DNA from: a virus
Lineage: Duplodnaviria; Caudoviricetes
DNA length: 64,000 nucleotides
IMG/VR virus record: IMGVR_UViG_3300017909_004705
Strand: one strand, 5' to 3'
Part shown: positions 8,646 to 17,783 of the stretch, one piece after another
Layout of the letters: the number at the start of each line of letters is the position of its first letter
Position numbering within the stretch: position 1 is the stretch's first letter
The notes under the pieces: generated by a model
The model's database searches: none
The model's input: the letters and a program-made list of their open reading frames with translations, nothing else
Told to the model about the DNA's origin: nothing
Made by a program: the position numbers and the translations under genes

Positions 8646-9520
8646 AGATAAACGAACTTAACGAATCACCAGACAGAGACTACGTCAATCTTCCCAAGGA
8701 AGATATAGAAAGACTGCTACAGAAGTTCTTACCCGACTGGGAATACAAAGATAACAGTTTACAGAAAAGATACAAGTTTGAAGACTACTTTGAGGTTATA
8801 GAATTTTTGATCAACACGATCAAGCCTCAGGAAAAATTAGATCATCATGCAGACCTAGGTGTGTTCTACGATGAGGTGCTAGTAAAGGTATACACACACA
8901 GAACAAACGACGTGACAGACTATGACTTCATGGTTGCTGTTCAGATGGACATGATAGCCAAAATGAAACATGGTGCAATCAATCCAAACTACGACCTTAA
9001 TGCATTAGTCGACGAAGGTACCAGATGTTGGAAAGGTTACATGCGTAAAGGATTCAAAACAATGTTTGGCAAAAGGGTACCTAACTGCGTTAAAAGAGAA
9101 GGCAGGTTCTTTGTAAATGACGCTTTCGGAGAACAAGTTTTCGAATCAACTACAAAGGAAGATGCTTTAGATTTTTTGAGGCAGAACTATTTAGACCTAA
9201 AAACCTGTGCTGTGCATGACAACATATCAGAATCAAATCATTCCGGCCTAAGAGCATGGTTCGGTAAAGGCAAAAAGGGTGGTGCCGGAGGCGGCGGTTG
9301 GGACAGATACAACACCAAAGGCGAACGTATAGGTAAGTGTGGTGACAGGAAAAAAGGTGAAGGCAAACCTAAATGCCTGTCCAAAGCCAGAGCGGCATCA
9401 TTGAGAGCATCAGGTGGTAAGAAAGCCATAGCGGCCGCTGTGAGGAGAAAGAGAAGAAAAGACAAAAATCCTGACAGACGTGGTAAAGCAATCAACGTGG
9501 CAAATAAGAAGAAAAAATAA
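8642..9520 (+). CDS. Pterin-4a-carbinolamine dehydratase domain fused to basic 2-Cys modules
   Basis: MKINELNE leader. LPDW..LQKRYKFEDY..EKLDHHAD..V.VYTH...VTDYDF..A..MD is PCD-like. Followed by CWKGY..VPNCVKRE and GLRAWF..GKCG..KPKC modules. Confidence 0.75.
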   Translation: MKINELNESPDRDYVNLPKEDIERLLQKFLPDWEYKDNSLQKRYKFEDYFEVIEFLINTIKPQEKLDHHADLGVFYDEVLVKVYTHRTNDVTDYDFMVAVQMDMIAKMKHGAINPNYDLNALVDEGTRCWKGYMRKGFKTMFGKRVPNCVKREGRFFVNDAFGEQVFESTTKEDALDFLRQNYLDLKTCAVHDNISESNHSGLRAWFGKGKKGGAGGGGWDRYNTKGERIGKCGDRKKGEGKPKCLSKARAASLRASGGKKAIAAAVRRKRRKDKNPDRRGKAINVANKKKK

Positions 9521-9521
9521 T

Positions 9522-9550
9522 TTGCATTTCACAAATATCTAGTATATAAT
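9522..9550 (+). promoter_or_regulatory. Sigma70-type promoter
   Basis: TTGCAT-N17-TATAAT, followed by a CAGGAG RBS and ATG 9576. Confidence 0.7.
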
Positions 9551-9575
9551 TGTTGAATAACAACAGGAGAAAAAA

Positions 9576-9833
9576 ATGGCAGTAAGAAACTTCAACGACG
9601 CAGAAAAACAAAAATTAATCCAAATCATATCTCAAGGCTCACAGGTACTTGGTGAAGTAGAGGATCTGAGAGCAGGTTTGAAAGACACTGTGAAAGCGAT
9701 AGCAGAAGAGTTAGAATTAAAACCAGCACTAATCAACAAGGCGATATCCGTAGCACACAAGGGCAACTACCAGAACATCGCTGACGAGATGGACACACTA
9801 GAAAGTATACTGAACACAGCCGGTAAACTTTAA
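9576..9833 (+). CDS. T4 DsbA/GapR-like dsDNA-binding protein
   Basis: 85-aa helical protein with LKDTVKAIAEELELKPALINKAI pattern, located upstream of the polymerase. Confidence 0.55.
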   Translation: MAVRNFNDAEKQKLIQIISQGSQVLGEVEDLRAGLKDTVKAIAEELELKPALINKAISVAHKGNYQNIADEMDTLESILNTAGKL

Positions 9834-10111
9834 TGGTCAACTTACTCAAAGAATTTTGGGTAACAAGTTACAAAACAGACAAACTTGCTTTTTATCTCGA
9901 AGTATTTTCGGTAGCGGTAACAATAGCAGGTTCATGGCTGTTGACCTTTACCTCTCCAGGCCCGGACATGAAAATGGTGTTCCCACTATATCTACTCGGA
10001 TCAAGCACACTAGCGTGGGCGTCATTCCGCAGAAGAATAATTTGGACTTGCGTATTGGCGTCATGGTTTACTATAATGAATGTGATAGGAAATTTTAGAG
10101 TATTTTTATGA
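9833..10111 (+). CDS. Small 3-TM membrane protein
   Basis: Three hydrophobic segments. Confidence 0.6.
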   Translation: MVNLLKEFWVTSYKTDKLAFYLEVFSVAVTIAGSWLLTFTSPGPDMKMVFPLYLLGSSTLAWASFRRRIIWTCVLASWFTIMNVIGNFRVFL

Positions 10112-12771
10112 GTTACATAGATGCACTATACAAAAAAGACGAGGATAAAATCTACGTTGTAGAACGTGATCCAAAGAAGGGTCGAGTGTTCGTAGAGTAC
10201 GACGCAAGATACGTTTTTTATTATCCAGACGCAAGAGGCAAACACAGGTCGATGACTGGAGAACCTTTGCAAAGGGTAATTTGTCAGACAAACAAGGAAT
10301 TCATTAAGGAGCAGAGGATTAGGTCCAACAAGCAACTTTATGAACAAGATATCAATCCGGTGTTCAGATGCTTAGAAGAAAACTATTTGGGCAAAGAGAC
10401 GCCCAAATTGAACACTATGTTTTTTGATATCGAGGTTGACTTCGATCCAGATCGAGGTTATTCCACAACAGATGATCCGTTCATGCCCATAACTGCCATA
10501 AGTTGTTACATGAGTTGGACGGATCAACTGGTGACACTTGCTGTGCCTCCAAAAACAATTAGCATGAAGGACGCACAAGAGCTCACTAGAAGATTTGAAA
10601 ATACCATGTTGTTCGAAAAAGAAAAAGACATGCTTGATGCGTTCCTACAACTTGTTGAAGATGCTGATATATTATCAGGTTGGAACTCCGAAGGGTATGA
10701 TATACCATACACTGTGGGTAGGATACAAAAAGTATTAAGTTCAGATGATACGAGACGTTTGTGTTTCTGGGGAGAAAAACCAAAGAGAAGGGTGTTCGAA
10801 AAATATGGCAGAGAACAATTGAGTTTTGATCTTGTAGGCAGGGTGCATCTCGATCTGCTAGAACTATACAGGAAGTACACATATGAAGAACGACACAGTT
10901 TCAGACTTGATGCTATAGGTGAACACGAACTAGGCGAGAAGAAAACAATTTATGAAGGATCATTAGATAATCTTTATAAAAATGACTTTGGATTGTTCAT
11001 AGAATATAACAGACAAGATACTGCACTGCTGGCCAAACTTGAAAAGAAGTTGAAGTTCATAGAACTTGCGAACGAGATTGCACACCAAAACACTGTGTTG
11101 CTACAAACAACAATGGGTGCGGTTGCTGTAACTGAGCAGGCCATTGTCAATGAAGCACACAGGCGTGGTATGATTGTTCCAGGCAGAAGATATAAAAAAG
11201 ATGGTGAAGAGAATCAACCGGCGGCGGGTGCCTATGTGGCAACTCCTATAAAAGGCATACATGATTGGGTTGGTTCAATTGACATCAACTCTCTGTATCC
11301 AAGTGTAATTAGAGCGTTAAACATGGGACCTGAAACAATAGTTGGGCAGATAAGACCTGTCATAACATCAGCAGAGATCAACAGGGCCAAACACGCAAAG
11401 AAGTCTTTCGCGGCGGCATGGGATAGCCAGTTTGGAAGTTGGGAATATCAGGCCGTTATGAACAAGGAAAAAGGAACAGAGATCATAGTGGACTGGGAGG
11501 ACAAAACCAGTGTGCGTATGAGTGCGGCACAACTTTATGATATAGTTTTTGAAGGCAACAACAAATGGATGTTGAGTGCTAACGGCACAATATTCACATA
11601 CGAGTATGAAGCAATTATTCCAGGATTACTGAAACGTTGGTATGCTGAAAGACAGGAAATGCAACGTAAGATGCATGAGTGTGGTGATAACGAAATTGAA
11701 AGAGAATACTGGGATAAGAGACAACTTGTTAAGAAAATTAATTTGAACAGTTTGTACGGTGCTATTTTAAATCCAGGTTGCAGATTTTTTGACATAAGGA
11801 TTGGACAGTCTGTGACATTGTCAGGAAGGTGCATAACGAAACACATGGCAAGTAAAGTAAATGAAATAGTTGCAGGCAAATATGACCATAAAGGTGAGAG
11901 CGTTGTTTATGGAGACACTGACTCAGTTTACTTTTCTGCATATAAAACTTTGAAAAAAGAAATTGACCAAGGTGTTATACCATGGACAAAAGACTCAGTG
12001 GTGGCCTTGTATGACAAAATATCTGACGAGGTCAATGGCTCATTCAAGGCATTTATGACAAAAGCATTCCATTGTCCAAGCACCAGAGGTGAAGTGATTG
12101 CCGCGGGTAGAGAGCTTGTAGGATCTAAAGGTCTGTTTATTACAAAGAAAAGATATGCACTGCTCTACTATGACAAAGAAGGTGAGAGGACTGACACGGC
12201 GGGCAAAGAAGGAAAAATGAAAGCAATGGGACTTGATTTGAAAAGGTCTGACACTCCTGTATTCGTACAGGACTTCTTGAGTGATCTTCTTTATATGGTA
12301 TTGACCGGTAAGAACGAAACAGAAGTGTTAGAAAAGATCAGCGAATTTCGAGCAGAATTCAAAGCAAGGCCAGGTTGGGAAAAAGGATCTCCCAAGAGAG
12401 CAAACAACATGACCAAGTACACAGCGGCCGAGGAAGCGAAAGGCAAGGCAAACATGCCGGGACATGTGAGGGCCAGCATGAACTGGAATAGGTGTAGAGA
12501 AATGTATGGAGACAAATATTCGTTGCCTATCACTGATGGTGCCAAAGTTATTGTGTGCAAGTTGAAGAACAATCCACTAGGCTATACAAGCATCGCATAT
12601 CCTGTAGACGAAATGCGTATTCCAGAATGGTTCAAAGAACTGCCATTCGACGGTGACGCTATGGAAAGCACTATCCTAGACCAAAAGATTGACAACCTCA
12701 TAGGTGTGCTAGGTTGGGACGTTCAAAGCACAGAGACCACAAACACATTTAACAAACTATTTGACTTTTAA
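10108..12771 (+). CDS. polB: Family B DNA polymerase (gp43-like)
   Basis: Exonuclease motifs FFDIEV, GWNSEGYD and YNRQD; polymerase motifs DINSLYPS, KINLNSLYG, YGDTDS and KKRY. Confidence 0.97.
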   Translation: MSYIDALYKKDEDKIYVVERDPKKGRVFVEYDARYVFYYPDARGKHRSMTGEPLQRVICQTNKEFIKEQRIRSNKQLYEQDINPVFRCLEENYLGKETPKLNTMFFDIEVDFDPDRGYSTTDDPFMPITAISCYMSWTDQLVTLAVPPKTISMKDAQELTRRFENTMLFEKEKDMLDAFLQLVEDADILSGWNSEGYDIPYTVGRIQKVLSSDDTRRLCFWGEKPKRRVFEKYGREQLSFDLVGRVHLDLLELYRKYTYEERHSFRLDAIGEHELGEKKTIYEGSLDNLYKNDFGLFIEYNRQDTALLAKLEKKLKFIELANEIAHQNTVLLQTTMGAVAVTEQAIVNEAHRRGMIVPGRRYKKDGEENQPAAGAYVATPIKGIHDWVGSIDINSLYPSVIRALNMGPETIVGQIRPVITSAEINRAKHAKKSFAAAWDSQFGSWEYQAVMNKEKGTEIIVDWEDKTSVRMSAAQLYDIVFEGNNKWMLSANGTIFTYEYEAIIPGLLKRWYAERQEMQRKMHECGDNEIEREYWDKRQLVKKINLNSLYGAILNPGCRFFDIRIGQSVTLSGRCITKHMASKVNEIVAGKYDHKGESVVYGDTDSVYFSAYKTLKKEIDQGVIPWTKDSVVALYDKISDEVNGSFKAFMTKAFHCPSTRGEVIAAGRELVGSKGLFITKKRYALLYYDKEGERTDTAGKEGKMKAMGLDLKRSDTPVFVQDFLSDLLYMVLTGKNETEVLEKISEFRAEFKARPGWEKGSPKRANNMTKYTAAEEAKGKANMPGHVRASMNWNRCREMYGDKYSLPITDGAKVIVCKLKNNPLGYTSIAYPVDEMRIPEWFKELPFDGDAMESTILDQKIDNLIGVLGWDVQSTETTNTFNKLFDF

Positions 12772-12779
12772 ATACGGAT

Positions 12780-13076
12780 ATGGATTTGAAGGAAATTTAT
12801 ATCGAAAGTCTGAAATCACACGATTGGAACTACGAGAGACACAACGATTCAAAGTTTGAAATTGGACTTAATCAGAAAGATAAAATTAGAAGTATAATCG
12901 CAGAAGCCTATGAACTAGGAAAAGATCCTGCTAGAATATTTTACAGCATTTGTCCGGAACACCTTTACAAGCAGTCAGCAGATTATGGAATCAGAACACC
13001 ATGGGAAGAATTGTTGCTAGATCAAGAGATCCAAAAAGAAGAAAATCAGAAAAAATTTAACAATGTTAAGTATTGA
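12780..13076 (+). CDS. Hypothetical protein
   Basis: 98-aa ORF, LKSHDWNYE motif, TAAATA 5 nt upstream. Confidence 0.55.
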   Translation: MDLKEIYIESLKSHDWNYERHNDSKFEIGLNQKDKIRSIIAEAYELGKDPARIFYSICPEHLYKQSADYGIRTPWEELLLDQEIQKEENQKKFNNVKY

Positions 13077-13863
13077 AGAAATTAAATTATTAATAGAAAA
13101 ACTCGAGAAGGCAAAAGAATCCGATTTCAAAGATTTGATAGATACAAATCTAAAAATACTTAAAGATATCGAAATGGCCGTAGATGCAAACAATGAGGCT
13201 GTGATAGACAGGCTAGACAAAACTCCAGAGTGGTTTACGAAAGATATTGACGCCAAAAGAATCAGACCAGTTGTGAGTCCATGGTTATTTAGATTGATTC
13301 AGACAAAGATATATCAGTTCGCACAAACCAGTGGAAATTACAATAGTTTAGAAATAGGTCCTGGCACAGGCATGTTTTCAAGAGAATTTGGAGCATGGAA
13401 TTTGAACTATTTCGTGGATGTTAACACATGGGTGGAAAAGAGTATACGGAAGAAATTCCCTAACAGGGCTCAAAAAAATTTAAAGTTTTATCTTACAGAC
13501 CGAACCAAATGTGATGACATACCTACCAATAGTTGTAATTTTGTTTTTAGTTGGGACACCTTTGTGTTTTTCACCAAGGCGCACATAGAGGAGTACTTGC
13601 AAGACATTAAGAGAGTATTAATAGACGGTGGTTATGGATTCATTCAATATGCAGACTGCGAAACAGAAATAGACCTGTCACGTGCCCAAAGAGGCTACTG
13701 GAATTACAATACCAAATCAGGCATGAAAGAAATGCTTATCACTGCCGGATTTCAAATAGTGGAAATGAATCAATTCATGGCTGGAGCCAATTTTGTAATA
13801 TTTCGTAAGCCTGGTAAACAAAATACCGTGCTGTATGAAAAAAGTGAAATAGTACTAGACTAA
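13063..13863 (+). CDS. Class I SAM-dependent methyltransferase
   Basis: LEIGPGTG motif I; FVFSWDTF; IKRVLIDGG. Confidence 0.8.
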   Translation: MLSIEEIKLLIEKLEKAKESDFKDLIDTNLKILKDIEMAVDANNEAVIDRLDKTPEWFTKDIDAKRIRPVVSPWLFRLIQTKIYQFAQTSGNYNSLEIGPGTGMFSREFGAWNLNYFVDVNTWVEKSIRKKFPNRAQKNLKFYLTDRTKCDDIPTNSCNFVFSWDTFVFFTKAHIEEYLQDIKRVLIDGGYGFIQYADCETEIDLSRAQRGYWNYNTKSGMKEMLITAGFQIVEMNQFMAGANFVIFRKPGKQNTVLYEKSEIVLD

Positions 13864-13884
13864 GATCTAAATATACTATACAAT
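13856..13884 (+). promoter_or_regulatory. Sigma70-type promoter with embedded TAAATA
   Basis: TAGACT-N17-TACAAT, with TAAATA at 13868-13873. Confidence 0.55.
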
Positions 13885-13893
13885 AAAAGCATT

Positions 13894-14631
13894 ATGATAG
13901 ACATCTTAAAAGACATCGTTAAACATACGCATGGACTGGGATTCTTGGATCTTGTTAAGATCACTGGCGACGACAAAGAGACTGTCATCGATTCAATGGC
14001 CGAAGACAGATCTGTGATCCTGCAAGGGTCTTTCCACAAACCACAAGCGGAAATGAATGGTACGTTTGGTATGCCACAGATGGGCAAACTAGACATACAC
14101 TTGAAATGTCCGGAGTACAAGGAAAAGGCAAACATAACAGTGTTGTCCGGTGAGAGAAACGGCGCAACAGTTCCAACAGGAATCCATTTTGAGAATGAAA
14201 AGGGTGACTTCAAGAACGACTACAGGTTTATGAATGCTGAGATTATCAACGAGAAACTTAAGACTGTGAAGTTCAAGGGAGTTAAGTGGGACGTTGAGAT
14301 CGAACCAACTGTGGCAAGTGTGCAGAGATTCAATTTCCAAGCAACTGCAAACACAGAACACAATTCATTCGTTGTGAGGACAGAAGACGGAAACTTGATT
14401 TTCACTTTTGGTGATCAAGCATCGCATGGTGGTGAGTTTACATTTGCAACTGACGTTAAGGGCACACTTAACAAAGGTTGGAGTTGGCCTGTAGGACAGG
14501 TGTTACAAATACTTAAACTTTCAGACTCGGCAAAGGTCATGTTGCACTTCTCTAACGAAGGTGCCATGATGGTCAGCGTTGACTCAGGCTTAGGCAAGTA
14601 TCAATACATCATACCAGCACAGGCGCAATAA
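13894..14631 (+). CDS. Probable DNA polymerase sliding clamp (gp45-like)
   Basis: 245 aa with alternating alpha/beta pattern and a YQYIIPAQ C-terminus, close to PolB. Confidence 0.55.
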   Translation: MIDILKDIVKHTHGLGFLDLVKITGDDKETVIDSMAEDRSVILQGSFHKPQAEMNGTFGMPQMGKLDIHLKCPEYKEKANITVLSGERNGATVPTGIHFENEKGDFKNDYRFMNAEIINEKLKTVKFKGVKWDVEIEPTVASVQRFNFQATANTEHNSFVVRTEDGNLIFTFGDQASHGGEFTFATDVKGTLNKGWSWPVGQVLQILKLSDSAKVMLHFSNEGAMMVSVDSGLGKYQYIIPAQAQ

Positions 14632-16079
14632 TGACGACAGATAACGGTAGGCAAGAACATCTCGGAGACTTGAGCAGAGACTTTGCTGTATTCTTGCCTG
14701 CTATATCAAATTTCTATAATACATTCATCAGCAAACAAAGGGTAACAGAAGGCAAACATATTCCTGCTGAAAGGATACCCAAGACTTTTGAAAACGGCGT
14801 AGAATCGTTAAACTTTATTAATCCAGACAAAGGTATGTTCACCTATCCAACCGCACTTTATTCGGCAGGACATGCCTGCCTTGACATGGAGAAGGTGGCA
14901 GACAGAGATCATATGTTTGTCAACAGAGATAGAAAATTTACAACGATAGTTGGTGATTCCGGTGGATATCAGATTGGCAAGGGTGTCATAAAATTTGATT
15001 GGAAAGATTTTGAAGGAAACAAAGCCAACAAAGTTAGGTCAGATATTCTTAACTGGCTTGAACTTACAAGCGACTGGGCAATGACACTAGACGTGCCAAC
15101 ATGGGCGGCTGATGATCTTAACAGTCCTAAGACAGGTCTTAAAAGTTTCCAAGACACACTGGACGGCACAATATACAACAACAAGTTCTTTCAAAAAAAC
15201 AGGCTAGGACAAACAAAATTATTAAACGTGTTACAGGGGGATGACTGGAACACAGCACAGATATGGTATGATGCTGTGAAAGACTTCGAATTCGAAGGAT
15301 GGGCAATGGGTGGTATCAACATGTGTGACATGGAAGTGATGCTAAAACGCCTAATAATTATGAGAGATGAGAAGAAACTTGACGGCAAAGACTGGATGCA
15401 CGTACTAGGAACTTCGCAGATGGATTGGGCGTGTTATCTTACACAGGTACAAAGACAGGTAAGGAAACACATAAACGAAAACTTCACAATTAGTTTTGAC
15501 AGTGCATCAGCATTTTTATCGACTGCAAATGGCCTAGTGTACACACATAACTCGTTTGCTCCTGACAGATTCTCTTTTGTCATGGACAAGGCTCCAGATG
15601 ACAAAAGATTGAAGGATTCCAACATACAGTTTCCATTTGATAGTGGAGTTGGTAGAAGATTGACAATGGGTGATGTTTGCTTCTATGGCGAGAATGATCT
15701 AAACAAAAACGGAAAGATAGGGGCGACTAGTTGGGACAGTTTCAGTTATGTCCTAATGATGGCCCACAATGTTTACAATCAGATAAGAGCCATTCAAATT
15801 GCAAATGATCTAAATGACATAGAATCTATGAAACACAGACCAGAAGTGAAGCATTGGCGTAAAACAAAAGCATCGGACAAGACAGATGAGCCAAGTATAT
15901 ATGTTCCAAGAAATATTTTGTATTTCAACACATTTGTAGAAGAAGTTTTTACCAGTGAAAAACCAATGGATGTGATTGCAAGTGCATCGAGTTACTTGGC
16001 AGACATAAGAGGTAATAGATGGGCAAGAGCGACAGGTGGCGGTAAAGGCACCAATAACTTTAGTTCTTTATTTGAATAG
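14631..16079 (+). CDS. dpdA: TGT-fold DNA-guanine transglycosylase (DpdA/DpdA2-like)
   Basis: GDSGGYQ, MTLDVP, NVLQG, GWAMGG, HVLG and SFDSAS follow the TGT motif order; folE and queE are nearby. Confidence 0.75.
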   Translation: MTTDNGRQEHLGDLSRDFAVFLPAISNFYNTFISKQRVTEGKHIPAERIPKTFENGVESLNFINPDKGMFTYPTALYSAGHACLDMEKVADRDHMFVNRDRKFTTIVGDSGGYQIGKGVIKFDWKDFEGNKANKVRSDILNWLELTSDWAMTLDVPTWAADDLNSPKTGLKSFQDTLDGTIYNNKFFQKNRLGQTKLLNVLQGDDWNTAQIWYDAVKDFEFEGWAMGGINMCDMEVMLKRLIIMRDEKKLDGKDWMHVLGTSQMDWACYLTQVQRQVRKHINENFTISFDSASAFLSTANGLVYTHNSFAPDRFSFVMDKAPDDKRLKDSNIQFPFDSGVGRRLTMGDVCFYGENDLNKNGKIGATSWDSFSYVLMMAHNVYNQIRAIQIANDLNDIESMKHRPEVKHWRKTKASDKTDEPSIYVPRNILYFNTFVEEVFTSEKPMDVIASASSYLADIRGNRWARATGGGKGTNNFSSLFE

Positions 16080-16087
16080 GAGGATAA

Positions 16088-16291
16088 ATGAGGCTGACAA
16101 AGAGAAGAAGCAAAAAACTTAAAAAACTCGAGGAAGAACACGCATACTTAGACCGTAAGGTAAAAGAACTTACCAAGGATAGGCTTAAAGACAGAAGTAC
16201 AGAGAGTAAATCAATATTGATGAGATTGAAAAAAACCAAATTAGCTTTGAAAGATGCTATAGCCAAGGCGAAGTCGACGTTGACAAAATAG
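16088..16291 (+). CDS. YdcH/DUF465-like coiled-coil protein
   Basis: LEEEHAYLDRKVKEL..LKKTKLALKDAI; AGGAGG RBS. Confidence 0.65.
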   Translation: MRLTKRRSKKLKKLEEEHAYLDRKVKELTKDRLKDRSTESKSILMRLKKTKLALKDAIAKAKSTLTK

Positions 16292-16308
16292 TGTACCCGT
16301 AATATAAT
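16280..16308 (+). promoter_or_regulatory. Perfect sigma70 promoter
   Basis: TTGACA-N17-TATAAT, 5 nt before ATG 16314. Confidence 0.8.
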
Positions 16309-16313
16309 ATAGC

Positions 16314-16850
16314 ATGGACAGAGATTACAAGACAGGTAGAAGTGACAGTGTAGGTGTATTTTCAGGTTTTGAAGTAGAACATACTCCAGCATATGGTAAA
16401 AAAACGTTGTTCCTTGCAAGGAATGATTTGCTTTTTGACCAAATTGTTGATTTGGCACAGAAGGTAAATGCAGAAGCAATATACTTTGGCGCAAATAGAA
16501 CTTTCATGCACAACATTGTTAATACATCAAATTTGATCAAAAGACTCATGGATAAAGGTTACTGGTGTACTATCGACTATCAACATAGTGTACACGCAGA
16601 TGTAAAAGAAAGGTTCTCACAAATTTGGAACGAAGAAAAGTTCATACCGTTTTGTTCAATAATATTTCCTGATTCAGAGAATGATGACAATCTTTGCATT
16701 AAAGTCGACGACGTAGATTTTAACAAGACAAACCCAGGTGTTTGGACAATGACCATGGACAACTTCAAGCAGTCAGCAGGATTCACATCATGGGAACATT
16801 ACAAACAGGACGAGCCATTGGAGGAAAATGATGTCAAAAAAGTCGTCTAA
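16314..16850 (+). CDS. Conserved hypothetical protein in the dpdA locus
   Basis: GFEVEHTPAYGKKTLF, IYFGAN and IKVDDVDFNKTNPGVW segments. Confidence 0.65.
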   Translation: MDRDYKTGRSDSVGVFSGFEVEHTPAYGKKTLFLARNDLLFDQIVDLAQKVNAEAIYFGANRTFMHNIVNTSNLIKRLMDKGYWCTIDYQHSVHADVKERFSQIWNEEKFIPFCSIIFPDSENDDNLCIKVDDVDFNKTNPGVWTMTMDNFKQSAGFTSWEHYKQDEPLEENDVKKVV

Positions 16851-17010
16851 AAAGGATGAAGGCATGGCAAATTACAAGGCTTGGCTGAAAGAAAACAAAA
16901 AACTTGAAAGAATGGGACTACACGGAACAGACTACTACGTAAGAAGAGTAGAGGAACTTGAAGCAAAAGTAAAAAAACTAGAAGAAAAATTAAAAAGGAA
17001 AGGCAAATGA
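16828..17010 (+). CDS. Small basic coiled-coil protein
   Basis: 60-aa ORF overlapping its neighbours. Confidence 0.5.
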   Translation: MMSKKSSKKDEGMANYKAWLKENKKLERMGLHGTDYYVRRVEELEAKVKKLEEKLKRKGK

Positions 17011-17453
17011 TGAACACGGAAGAACAACACGAGAGGGCATTAAAAGAACAGGCCAACAAAGGATCAAAAATGATATGGGTGACTTTTAGGAAAGAAGGCA
17101 TCCACAAGTATCCAGCGGCACTAGATAATCCAAAATTAGCGACTGGTGATAGAATGGATGTATCTTTCCTTGGATATCCGCACAGACACATATTCCATTT
17201 CAAGGTTGCGATAGAAGTTTTCCACGACGACAGGGACATAGAATTTATACAATTCAAGAGATGGATGGAGGATATGTACAGTGAAGGCACACTAAAACTG
17301 GACTTCAAATCATGTGAGATGATGAGTGATGATCTCTATGTGCAGATTGCGAAAAGATATCCTGGCAGACAGATTGAAATAGACGTATCGGAGGATGGTG
17401 AAAACGGAAGTCATGCAGTCTATGATAAGCCGGCACCAGTGAGTGCGATATAA
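17007..17453 (+). CDS. dpdL: QueD-like T-fold protein, probable CDG decarboxylase DpdL
   Basis: EGIH, LGYPHRHIF (LxxxHRHxF), RDIEFI, SCEM and VSEDGENG; no canonical QueD CxxxHGH motif. Confidence 0.6.
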   Translation: MMNTEEQHERALKEQANKGSKMIWVTFRKEGIHKYPAALDNPKLATGDRMDVSFLGYPHRHIFHFKVAIEVFHDDRDIEFIQFKRWMEDMYSEGTLKLDFKSCEMMSDDLYVQIAKRYPGRQIEIDVSEDGENGSHAVYDKPAPVSAI

Positions 17454-17782
17454 TGAAAGAGATTCATATACAACAGAATAGGGCTACAACAAGAATGGGG
17501 CATCTTCCCATAGAGGGTGGCGGCCTAAATGCTGGATATGATACTGTTGATGCGGTGGCAAACATCTGCACCACAGCAGGTAACTTGGGAATGATATATG
17601 GCAAAGATTTTATTTGGGCATACGCAGGATACGAAGAAGCGGGGGATGACCTCGAAGAGTGTATCACACTTATGGTCAAAGAAGAAAAGTATGAATCGTT
17701 CCTACAACTTGCCATACAAAACAATCATAAAATAAGGCACACAAACAAAGGAACAGTTAAATTAGTTAAGGAGAGAAAATAA
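17453..17782 (+). CDS. Hypothetical protein
   Basis: 109-aa translationally coupled ORF. Confidence 0.55.
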   Translation: MKEIHIQQNRATTRMGHLPIEGGGLNAGYDTVDAVANICTTAGNLGMIYGKDFIWAYAGYEEAGDDLEECITLMVKEEKYESFLQLAIQNNHKIRHTNKGTVKLVKERK

Positions 17783-17783
17783 A

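Noticed and set aside
10108-12771. Intein or intron in the DNA polymerase
   Set aside because: The ORF is continuous at 887 aa with normal motif spacing.
14631-16079. tRNA-guanine transglycosylase (tgt)
   Set aside because: It lacks the CxCxxC zinc motif and sits in the replication operon, which favours a DNA-acting DpdA.
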